Assembly: GCF_009914755.1 (NCBI RefSeq)
Contig: NC_060937.1
Length of the DNA stretch: 64,000 bases
DNA from: the human T2T-CHM13v2.0 reference genome, Homo sapiens
Direction: 5' to 3' (one strand)
Under the pieces are notes generated by a model. That model did not search any database, was not told where the DNA came from, and saw only the letters and a program-made list of their open reading frames with translations. Made by a program: the position numbers and the translations under genes. Position 1 is the stretch's first letter. Each line of letters opens with the position of its first letter. Below are positions 27,304 through 42,420 of this stretch, piece after piece.

Positions 27304-27733
27304 TGTATTTTAAGTTGAATTGTTTCCGCTAAAATAACATGCTGAACTCTTAACCTTCAATACATGGGAGGTGACCTTATTTGGAAATAGAATCTTTGCA
27401 GATATTGTTAAGATAAGATGAGGTTATTAAGGTGGGCTCTAATCCAATATATCTGGTTTTGTAAGAGAGAAGGGAGAGGAACAGAAGGAAGAGAGCCATG
27501 AAAAGTCAGAGGCAGAGATCAGAATTATGCTGCCACCAGCCAAGGAACACTGAGGGCTACCAGTAACTCTACCAAGCAAGAAGATTCTCCTGAGAAGCCT
27601 CTGAGGGAGCATGGTGCTGCCAACACCTTTATTTTGGATTTCTGGGTCTCTAAGATCATAAGGGAATATATTTTTGTTGTTTTAAGCTACTCAGTTTGTT
27701 GTATTTTGCTAAGATAGCCCTAGGAAACCTACA
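27304..27733 (+). mobile_element. MLT1C-like solo LTR
   Basis: GTGACCTTATTTGGAAATAGAATCTTTGCAGAT, GCCAAGGAACAC, GAGGGAGCATGG..CTGCCAACACCTT, GCCCTAGGAAAC. Confidence 0.88.
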
Positions 27734-29319
27734 CTTCAAGGAAATCTGAAAAAAAAATTGGAATGGTAAGTTCCAAGTGGAACTTCGGTAAAGCCTGGGC
27801 AACAGACAAAAAAAACTCAGGCATTCAGCCGTTGGGTGCAGGCTGTAGCCCAGTGGTTCAGATTCTGTGCCTGAAAAGAAGATGAAGTCCAACCACCTAA
27901 TGGTCCAGAACCAAAAGTCAAACAAACTTCCTCAGACCCAGAGAGGAAAATACCAGGTGCATAATTGGCTTGTCTCATAGTCTGGAACAATTGAGTCATC
28001 TTTCCCTACACAAGACAGAGAGACATGATACTCACAATTAACAATTTCTAAGTCTCAGTGTGTCTCATGCTGTTTGCTACTTGAATGCTTTTTTTCTGAA
28101 CATCATTAGTTATTTCCTGGAAGAATGGTAACACACTTTTAAAGAACTGTCTAATTGCCAAGTTTTTCATGCCAACTGCAATTTCTCTCCACTGATTTAT
28201 TGTTCAAGCTATTCTAAAGAAAATAAGAAAATATTGTTATTTTACAGGATTGGAGTTAAAGCAGTTATCAAAATAATATTCAAATATGAAATCACATTCA
28301 AAGAGCATATATTGATTCATACAGTTTAAAAGCTTAGGTATGTATTGGCAGTAATACATTAAGTACAGAGAGGTGAATAAATATGTATAGAATCAAGTAC
28401 ATAAAATAAAAAAAAAGTACTATTGCCCATTAGGTACAATATAATGTGCATAAAATTTATGGTTTCAAATATATGAAGTTGATAGTAAATGAATGTTAAT
28501 TCTCAAACCTATCCTAGATTTATTTAACCATAAAAAATGCTTTAATTCATAATAAAAACTGGAAAAAAATTAAGAAAAATTGCAGTGGAAACAAGAATGG
28601 GTTGAGGTGGATGAGCAGGTTTAAAACAAAGTGATACAGTAAAAGCAATCTATTAAAATATCAACTGTCCTTAAAAGTGAAAAGGGGACCTTAAAGTTGA
28701 ACTCAAGAGCATAACTTTCAGATGCTATTATACCTGTAAAAGAAGAAGCAGTTGTCTGCAATATTTTTAAAGGTCAAAGATATATTCAGAAACAGGTCAG
28801 CAAGAACGAGTGGCAAGATGCCACACTGGCCCTGAGAAAGGTGGCTCCGCGCCCCAGTTGCCCTGCAGGCCATCTCTGATGATTGATAAGAGCTGTGCAA
28901 GAGTGGCTGTGAACAGGTCAGGAATGTGGTCGCTGAAAGTGCCATCAACATTTGCAGCAATGCTTGATGTATGTGTAAGGCGGCAGTAGAAGAGACTGTT
29001 TGAGCGATTGATTCTAGGAATATTTGCCAGTCTCCAAAAGTCAAGTGAATCTAATAACAAATTGAATTGTTAAATATGGGCACTCTTCTGGAATAAGACT
29101 TAAAAGTCAAACATAAGCTTTTAGACATGTGATTTGCACCCTTTGTTAGAAGGGGATTCTAATTAAAAAATAAGTAAGTTTGGCATTTCAATAACGCTGA
29201 AAATACAAACAATGGCAAAGCAAAAGAAGGCATGGTAAGTAAAGAAAGGCACAGACAACATGAAGATACTGACCTATCTAATATTTTCCATATGGAAGAC
29301 ACCCCTCTAAATGTGTTCT

Positions 29320-29480
29320 ATCAACCTTTGTCAATCCATTTCATCTTCAACATTCCCATCAGGTAGGTTTCACTTCAGAAATGAAGAAACAAAAACTCAG
29401 AGGGGTTAACTTACTTGTCCAGGGTCACACAGCTAGTAAAAGCTGGGGGTTGGGTATCCAGGCAGCCTGTCTCAAGTTCA
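29320..29480 (-). mobile_element. MIR fragment
   Basis: AACTCAGAGGGGTTAACTTACTTGTCCAGGGTCACACAGCTAGTAA. Confidence 0.75.
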
Positions 29481-30309
29481 GTGGCCAATTCTCGCTATAA
29501 AATAATACTGACAATCTGATAGCTGCATGATTTCAGTGTTGCATATTTTCTGAGCTAACATTGTTTTTATACATAGTCTTTCACCTCGATACTCACAGCA
29601 AACTTTTTTCAAGCTATCTGCAGTTTCACTTAGAGAAACATGGAAGGCTGGAAATACAATGTGTCTTAATAAGTTATTAAACAAATTGAGAACTAGGAAA
29701 CACTGTTAACAGACAAAATAATCAATCCTTTATCTCTTCCTGCTTTACAGAAGTTTTGTTTTGTTTTTCTTCTTATTGCAAAGCAGAAGAAAACCTTTAA
29801 TTAACTTCCTAGCATGACAATGCTTATTTAAAAAGCAAATTGGCATTAGACTTGTCCCAATATTAAATTCATTATTTAGATCGCAGACAAAGTGCTTTTT
29901 TTCACTCATTAGCTTGTGTATGTTCTTTTAAAAAGCCAAAGGTAAGTCCTATACATGTAGAAATATTGATTGTGGAGATAATGTCTACTACTAGACAGTG
30001 CCACTGTATTTAATTGATGAAATAGGGGCAAATGTGAGTTAATAGGTGAAATCCAAAGGAGCAACAAATGTCATTGGCACTTTTTTAACCCAAGAAACGT
30101 ACATATTAACCTCAATGAAATTAACTGTCAATATTTGTATAAAACATGGAAGGTTTTGAAGATGGTTGAAAATCATAATAGGATATGCAGAATACATTAA
30201 GCTCGGAACATAACACTTATAAAGTGAATTCATCATTTTTAGATTTTAAAATTAAAAGTTAACTTTGAGATTGAAAATTGGCTTAGTTGGCTGAAGCCAA
30301 ATGTAGTAG

Positions 30310-30622
<313 letters not shown>

Positions 30623-30809
30623 AATGTGGTTTTTTGATAGCTGACTAGGATTGCTATTGCTACTGGCCTTTTCCAGTGGGCAGAGCTAGTAATTTTATTT
30701 TTAATATACATAATATTTTTAGATATTTCTAATTCAAACTTAAAATGTTGAATTTTTACTTGAGTTTTGTGAGTTTATTATTTTATCTTTTTCTTCTACT
30801 GAAAATCTT

Positions 30810-31116
<307 letters not shown>

Positions 31117-31373
31117 TCTACTGAAAATCTTAACAATACAATTTTAGTTTGCTCTATCATATATATATCAACTTATTTATATTCATCTATTTACTTATGT
31201 ATATATAATCTCATAATTTCAAGATAAAATATTAATAATGAAAGATCTTATAATTTCTTTGCATTCATTGTTTTTGAAACTATCTCACCAGGGATATGTG
31301 GTTTATTTACTGTGTTTTAAAATCAGTTAGTTTGATTGGGCCACCAACGCAAGGAAGAGTTAGGCTAAATTTA

Positions 31374-31855
31374 TTTATTTATGTTATTTTATTTACTATT
31401 ATTATTTAATTTTTGTGGGTACATAGTAAGTGTATATATTTATGGGGTACAAGAGATATTTTGATACAGGCATGCAATGTGAAATAAGTACATAATAGAG
31501 AATGGGATATCTGTCCCCTCAAGCATTTTTCCTTTGAGTTACAAACAATCCAGTTACACTCTTCAATTTATTATAAAGAAAATGTGCACGTATACACAAT
31601 GGAGTAATATTCGGCCATCAAAAAATATGGGATCCAGTCATCTGCAACAACATGGATGGAACTGGAGATCATTATGTTAAGTGAAATAAGCCAGGCACAG
31701 TGAGACAAACATTGCATGTCCTCACTTATTTGTGGAATATAAAATCAAAACAACTGAACTCATGGACATAGAAAGTAGAACGAAGGTTTCCAGAGGCTGG
31801 GAAGGGTAATGCAGGGCTTGTGGGTAGGGGGAGGGTGGATTAGAGGGATGGTTAA
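31374..31855 (-). mobile_element. L1MA2-like 3' end with 5' inversion (twin priming)
   Basis: Antisense 3' terminus at 31374-31572 joined to a sense ORF2-end/3'UTR segment at 31573-31855. TSD TAGGCTAAATTTA / TAAGCTAAATTTA. Confidence 0.88.
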
Positions 31856-33764
31856 TAAGCTAAATTTAGGCCAAAACGTTTCCTCTTACAATCTTCGGTT
31901 ATTTAATAGAAATGTTAAGACCTGATCAATCAAGTTTTAATTGAATCTAGTATAATTTCAGAAAAGGTTATAACTGTACTGTAAGTATATATTTCTTTGA
32001 ATAATGCAATTTAATGATTTTTTTTTCCTGTAATACACTATCATTTGGAGTCGCTCCTCTACAGCAGAGGTGAATGATAAAATGGCAGCCATGGGCAGCT
32101 CCTAGTGCCTCTGAATATCTCTTGGCACTGTCTCTTTCCTATTATTTCTTCTCCTTCACCAAAGTGACTTTCTATATACACATAATATTCAAATGCGTCA
32201 CTTTTCTCCAGAGTTGGGAGGAGAAAGACGGTAAAGACAAGCTCAGCATGATCACACTGTTTACCCGGGTAAACCCAAGCACCACTGGATTCTGCCCAAT
32301 CACTTACACACATTCCATAAAACGGAGGCCTTTTAGGATTATCTACATCCCCGTGCAATGATGATGCACTGGTTTGTCTTTATCAGTAGGATTTTTGAAG
32401 TCCTAGAGTTTGCTTTGGCGATTTAGCTAAAAATAATACCTGTATAAATGTCTTCCTTGGTTAGAGAACCTTGCACCTTGAATAAGCACAATGGACCTTT
32501 GAAGAAGAAGGAAAGGGAGAGGCACTAGAAGAGAGCAGAGATAGAGCTCAGGTGGGCAGTCACTCTCTGCAGAGTTCCAGGTGGATGGCACAGATGGGGG
32601 CTGGGATCTAGAGTCCTTCCCCAGGCCACAGCATTTTTTGAAATGGCTTTCCCCCGGAGAAAGACCTTTTTATAAGTAGTATAAGAATATTCTGTGTACT
32701 AACAGGATTCAAGGGATGGAAGAACAAAGCAGAAGTAAAGTACTGCAGGAGAAAGACTGGAGAAATTGAATGCAGGCAACCTGGGTTTGAGTTCAACTTC
32801 TAACATTTAATCATTGCATGGACGTGGTCAGGTGATTTATGTTTTCTTTTTTCTTTCTCCACAGCCTGTGAGATGAATGGATAAATAAAATAATGAGAAA
32901 AGAGTAAATTGAAGGTATTCTGAAAATATTTCTTGAGAAAGCAAAAGAGAGAGAAAGGATAGAAGGAAGGAAGAAAAGAGGGGGACAGGAGAGAATGTAG
33001 GAGGACAAAAAGAAGGGATGAGAATGTAAATTTTACTAACTGTACTAGTATTTTGGCAAGCAAGAATTGTCACCTTTATTTTAAACATAAAATTGAATGT
33101 TTAATTCTGTTTGTCTTTGAAGCTGGCTTGAGGTTCAATATCAGTTTCCTGTGTGGGTCTTGAACTTCATTTTATCCTCGAAGAGTATTAGGCTTAACAC
33201 ATTCTAGACAGAAGGAGGAACCTGTTTTCTGGTTTCTGGTTTCTGAAGGTAACAGCAGGCACTGGGTCTGGTGAAGACTCACAAGTGCATTCAAAGCTGG
33301 GCTCCACTGGACTCTTTCTTGCTGAGTCATGCCAGCCATAGAAGAACTTCATAAAACCTCTCCAGGATGAGGGCATTAGGAGAGAGTCCTCAGGACACCT
33401 CCGTCCAAAGGGTGACTTTGAGGAGGGCTCAGTTCTTTGCTTCTCTGAAGAACCTGGATCCCTTTGCTCCCCTATCCATCTGGTGCACTGCAGCTTATTT
33501 TATCCTTTCTTCGTTGCTAACAAATGTGGCTAGATTATTAGTTGGGCCTAGACTTTCCGACAAGGAGTTTTTCTCTTTTTAGGAATTCTTCCTAGCAACT
33601 CTAGAATTTCTCTTTCTTTTTTTTTCTTTTTAAAATTTGAAATACAATAAAACACTTCCAATCTCCCATCCACTTGCTCCTCTCCAGCAGAAGGGAAGGG
33701 AGAGCCCCAGTCCTGAAGCACAAGGCCTAACTCTGATGATGGCAGGGACTGGGGAGGGGAGGCA

Positions 33765-34290
33765 GAATATTCATGCACTCAGCCAACAAATGTGTATACA
33801 TCAGGTGCCTTTCAAGCCCTAAAGTTACATCACTGGAAAAATAGGCAAAAATGATCTGTTCATAGAAAGCACATTTTAGTGAGTGAGACAGTATTTAACT
33901 GAATAAATAAGAGTCTCAAGGAGGCTAGGCGGTGGGGAGGTGGTCAATCTCCCAGAGAAAATGTAGGTTTTGTCATTGACTTTGTTTAGAATTGGAATTG
34001 CATGGTGAAAATGAAAAGTTGAAGATTTTAGCAAGTTTATTGTGTCTTTAATTTTTCTATAGTTGCATCCTTCATTGCCTGTACCCAGGAAGGCTCACCC
34101 CGCCTCCCTAATGTGGTATGCTGCTGACAGGTAGCAAATGGTGATAAGTACTATGGAAGATAAACAGAGCAGGGGGAGGTGGCACAGGGCAAGAAGCTGG
34201 GAATACAGAGATTATGGGGATTTTATCCAGGGCGGTCAGATGTGAGCAAGTAACTGAAGGGTTGCAGGAGGAGAAGAGAGTCCTCTGGCA
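33765..34290 (-). mobile_element. L2 3' fragments
   Basis: ATTCATGCACTCAGCCAACAAATGTG; GGTGATAAGTACTATGGAAGATAAACAGAGCAGG. Confidence 0.6.
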
Positions 34291-34597
34291 TCCCTCAGCC
34301 CCTTTCTGATTTTTGTAGCAGATACTTGTCTGCAAGGATGGTATTCCACCTTGGCTAATGGCATCTCACCTGCAGCACTAGCTGTGAGTCAGACTTTCTG
34401 TGCCAGGGCCTTCTCCATCACAGCAGAAGCCTTCATCCACTCAGAGACAGAAGCCTCCAGTGAATGACTTAGGCGGACAGTTCTTGGACCCCTTCTGAAC
34501 ACCTCTAGGCAAGGCCTAGCGGCAACCCTGGCAAAATACCATTGTTTAGGATTTTCCTCTGTTTAAACTTCCACTCCCTCATTTGTTTGTTTTTCAG

Positions 34598-34615
34598 GAA
34601 GCCGCAGATAGGAAA
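34598..34615 (+). other. Candidate 18-nt microexon
   Basis: Pyrimidine tract ...ATTTGTTTGTTTTTCAG | GAAGCCGCAGATAGGAAA | GTAAGT. Length is a multiple of 3 (EAADRK in phase 0). No transcript evidence. Confidence 0.3.
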
Positions 34616-36084
34616 GTAAGTCTTGTGGCTATCTGGCAGGGGAGTATTCAAGACAGCGGGAGGAGGAGGCCATAGAAAGCCGCCTCTTATATGCTAGGTA
34701 CAGAAGGAGGCCAGTGTTCCGGAAAGGTATATGAACAAGGGAAGGAGTAACGGGAAGTGCTCAGAGGTAATAAGGTCCACGTTGTATAAGACAGCTGCTG
34801 CATTACTTTCAGAGAATCCCCGGGGCTGCAAAAACAAGCTCAGTGTAATTAGTAACGGAAAATACTGTAAAACATTCACTTGCTAGTAAATCGTGTCCCA
34901 GGAAAAGAAGGCATGGCATCAGTATATCTGGGTTCAGAGAGGAAATCCAACTCTACCTATATTCATACCTGAGTATTATCTAAGCCCATCAGAAAAAACA
35001 TTGCCACCTTCCACCGTTTCCTTTTTCAGTCATTTCGAAAGAGTGTACTCCTGTGCCTTCCTGTCTTGTCATTTCTTCTTTCCAAATTATGTTTATGCTT
35101 TTGTCTGTTTCTCCTGCAAAAAAGTCTTCCCATTTCTCTTATTTGTAGCATGCAAATCCAGTGATACGTACAACTTCCCCCCACTCATTTATTACAGCAT
35201 GTGACTCTCGCCAAGACACACAGAGAGAAAGAAACGAAGACAGACTGAGCAAGCCTTCCTTTATCTCGTGCATAAAATGGCAAATATACATCACAAGATA
35301 GAATACTGATGAATTTGTTTTATGGGAACCTTCAGATAGATACATTTATGTTCAAAGAAACAACTGTAAAGCTAAATTATTCTAACAAGGGTTTCTACTT
35401 TAGAGTCTCTAAAGCATTTTAAAGAATAAACTCACTAAAATTTGATATGCTTATAAAAATACACTATATAAAGTTATTTAGTAATGATTCATTGCTTCAG
35501 AACCCTTTCCAAAGATATGATATAGCACCTGTTACATATTTATGTTCAAATATAAAGTCTAATATTCTTAGTTTTTGAGTGTCTGTCTAGCAAATAATGA
35601 GGACCATTTGGGTATAGATTTAAAACTCTGGAAAAGAAAGAAGCAATTGGACAGGACAGTTCATAATAAAGGAGATGTTCAATGCATTTTGAATAAATGA
35701 ACAAAAGCGTGCTTACCAGCAACTCTCGCTATACAGCGTCAGCTAAACCCTCACGTTTGTTTAGCTCTCCTAGTAGGCATATCTTTATTATCTTAATATT
35801 GCTTTCTTCACAAAAGCTACCCTGAAATACTTCCCCACTTTTTAAAGCAGTATACTCAAACCTATTTCATTTCTTTGCTTCTGCAGACTGTCTTCTGCTC
35901 TGCTGTAGGTCAAAGCCATCTGCATTTAAACTCTCCCTGGATTCATGAATAGTATTAGTAAAGCTAAAATGTTTCAAACCTTGCTCTGAAATTGCAAGAT
36001 GCTGTCACTTTCTCGTTTCTTTGTAGCACCTAATACATAAGCTCTTGTATTGTGATAGCATGTGAGCATATCTTATATTTTCAT

Positions 36085-36335
36085 TAGATTTATTAAATAA
36101 GTAAATACGCATTTAATGTTGAAAATTAGGAAGTTGTTGTATATATATGATAGCATATATGTATAACATATACGTTATATATATGATAGTTGTTTTATAT
36201 ATATATATATAAAAGACAGCAGATGCCTGCAGATACAGCAGATCTGCTGTCATATATATGTGATATCATGCATATATAAAACAACTTCCTAATTTTCAAT
36301 ATTAAATACATATTTACTTATTTAATAAATATCTA
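36085..36335. repeat. AT-rich inverted repeat / fold-back palindrome
   Basis: Arms at ~36085-36160 and ~36256-36335 are reverse complements with few mismatches. Central perfect palindrome ACAGCAGATCTGCTGT at 36235-36250. Confidence 0.92.
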
Positions 36336-36368
36336 TAATCATATATGTATATATGTAGATATATATCA

Positions 36369-36420
<52 letters not shown>
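36369..36420. repeat. (TATC)13 tetranucleotide STR
   Basis: Perfect TATC run at the tail position of an antisense FLAM. Confidence 0.97.
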
Positions 36421-36434
36421 ATGTATCTATGTCG

Positions 36435-36551
36435 TGAGATGAGGTTTCACTGTTTCCTCCAGGCTGGTCTCAAATTCCTGGGCTCAAGCAATCCTCCTAC
36501 CTCAGCCTCCTAAAGTGCTGGGATTATAGGCATGAGCCAACGTGCCTGGCT
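36435..36551 (-). mobile_element. FLAM / AluJ left monomer
   Basis: GAGATGAGGTTTCAC...CCTGGGCTCAAGCAATCCTCC...GTGCCTGGC. Confidence 0.88.
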
Positions 36552-39072
36552 GCTTTGGGAAGTTTTATTGGAGTTAAACACACAGAAGGGAGAAAAATAA
36601 GATTATCTACTATACAGAGTTTATATTCCAAATGCGACCAGAGGGAAAATGCAGAAGTAAATGAATAAATACATAAGATTATCTAAGATAATGGTAGGTG
36701 CTAAGAGGATCATAAACCAAATGATCTGAGGGACTGCATTTGAAGTTACGGTGTGAATGGGGCTTGGCTAATTTTGACAGGTTGGTAAGAGAAAAAGAGA
36801 AATTTTTGTTATTATACTTTAAGTTCTGGGAAAAGTATGTGAGATGCAAGTGTTGAAGATTCTTAAAACTTTGAGCTCAAAGATTCTATCTCATTTTTGG
36901 TCTTTACTATGAATATTTATGTATTTTTTATTTTTATTTTTGTCATTGGTTAAATTAGACACCATCTAGTCATCTATGGTTCTTTCCAAAGCAAGTACTA
37001 AATGTGCATATTATGCAATGAGTGAATGAACGAACTCCTAGTAAGTACAAAAGCATAATATAATCAAAAGCAAAAAGAGTTTTATAGACAAAATTTTAGA
37101 CAATGAAATGTAAAATTTTATTCTGCTTTCAGTGATGAATTCTTCCTCCTGATATACAAAACTATGGGAGACATTTTTCATCTCTCTTCTGTTTTATATA
37201 CTTCAATGTATGTTAGCTAAAAAGTAGTACTTTTACATATTTCAATAGTATCTCATTATTTGTTTTCCTTAACTTTAGTACTAGTAAGTTTTGATAACAT
37301 TACATTTTGTGACATATATTAAATCTAGAGAACCTAGTGTAAACTAGCCATTTATCAACTCACTGTTCCTTAGTTAAATTGGACTTTGATCTATTATATT
37401 CTCATTTGCTTCTTTAATTCCTGACATTAAAATTTTATTAATATGCCACTTGCTCATACATGGCATCTATCTTGTTAAAATGGAAAGACCAGGGGTTTTT
37501 TCCTTTAAGAGTGTGATGTCCATCTTAATAAAATAGAAGATATTTAGATATTCATCACTAACTAGATGACACAGAAAATTCTCTCAATAAATGTTGGCAT
37601 ACAAAATAACAACATGAGGGAAATGATGCCTTACAATTTCTGTATTTTAAATTAAAGGAAGTCATTGAACACAGTTATAACACTAGCATGGAATAGCTAT
37701 TCCATCAATATTTTGTTTCTTCTATCTGAATACAATAGAATAGTCATGTAACAGAAAATCTATGTTCTTATATACTCAATATTTTATTTTGGAGAGTTTA
37801 ACTTCTCAACTGAATTTCATCTGTATATATAATTGAGATAAAATGTGTCTAATTCTACTTGAGATTTGCAATATCTAATATATTATTCAATGTTAAATAA
37901 TTTAAAATTTATAGTGTTATAAAATCAACATTTTGAAAAAAGAAAGGATAAAGGAAACATTTTATTTATGAGTATGAAGTAATTTGATAAGGACTATGTG
38001 TTTTCTTTTTCTGTTTAAATATTTTTAATTCATTGATTCATTTGTTGATATGTACAATGGACCAAGGCTTACATATATGCCCTATTCATAATTAAATGTG
38101 TGGATATCATACTACTAATATAAATACTACATGCTTTTGTTGATAGAGCAAAATTTCAACTGGCTGCTTCTTACAATGGTCAATTATTTATGACACATTT
38201 TGAAAATGCTCTCATAATGGAATTTAAATAGACTATCATAATTTGTTGTAATATTAAAGGAACTGAATTTAATATTTATTTTTGCAGTGTTAGTTTCTTG
38301 GAACATAATTCTGAATAAGACATGATTTAAAGATGACTTTACAAGATATGCTTTCCTTGTGTAATTTCTTCATGCTAGGTACTGCTCTGCTTATATATAC
38401 AGTAAAAATTTAAAACAATAAGATGGAAAAGTAAACCACTGAGATGATTCAAGTAGAAAATTACTTTGTAGTTTATTTCAAAATGTTTCACATAAACTGG
38501 AGTTTTATTTTAAGTTTACTTAGGATTTAAATGAATTGCATAGGCTTTTCACACCACTTTTTATAAATGAATGGTCATTACTAGTAAGACTAGCTTATTC
38601 AGAATGAATTACTTAGTTTTCATATTTTCATGACTCATACAATTCAAAGGCAACTGTAACACTTCCCTGTTTTGCCAATCTGTGGAAGAAACTGTTTTCC
38701 ATATTTGGTAATATAATTAATGGACTTTTAAAATGGTGCCATGCAAAAGCACACTGTTCGCTGGGAACCCAGGGTAAGTGGTGCTGAAAATGGCTGGTAT
38801 AAACCTGCAGTGACAAACTGAAATTTGATCACGCAAGTGCCCTGACATACATCATGTTTGCCATGCAGAATGTAGAGGTAAAGTAAATAACTGTCATTTT
38901 AAAGAACGAATGGACTAAAAATCTGCTTTCAATAGGAAGTCACTTTACCATAAATGTCATGGCAATTGTAGATCCACAATTGAAAGTATGTCTCCAAAAT
39001 CTCAAATTATTTTATTATGTACTGTATAAAATTTTGTCAAATATATAATGTTGACTATACACAATAACATAT

Positions 39073-39320
39073 ATACATTAAATATACTTAATATATCGAT
39101 GTAGGTATATATATTATGTAGTATATTTATTACTGCTATATAATTATATATTACTACTATATATCATATACTAATATATTTTATATATGTATATATTAAA
39201 TATACTTAATATGTAGATGTGTGTATATTTTATAGTATACGTATTAGTACTATATAATATAGATTATATCCATTACTGCCATATATAATATACCAATACA
39301 TATTTTATATATATGTATCT
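39073..39320. repeat. Degenerate AT-rich tandem duplication (~120-bp unit, two copies)
   Basis: ATTAAATATACTTAATAT..GATGT and ATTACT..ATAT..ATATAC.AATA..TTTTATATAT recur at ~118-bp spacing. Confidence 0.8.
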
Positions 39321-39361
39321 ATACTTACACATTATTTTTGTAACCAATAATGGATAACAAG

Positions 39362-42420
<3,059 letters not shown>

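Noticed and set aside
29751-29947. Candidate + strand exon ending AAG|GTAAGT (similar isolated donors near 29235 and 38773, and at 63001 on the minus strand)
   Set aside because: The acceptor is ambiguous and the exon is AT-rich with no meaningful peptide. Isolated donor consensus matches are expected by chance.
36802-36830. ~30-bp L1PA 3'-terminal scrap (TTATTATACTTTAAGTTCTGGG)
   Set aside because: Too short and has no TSD, so it cannot be called reliably.
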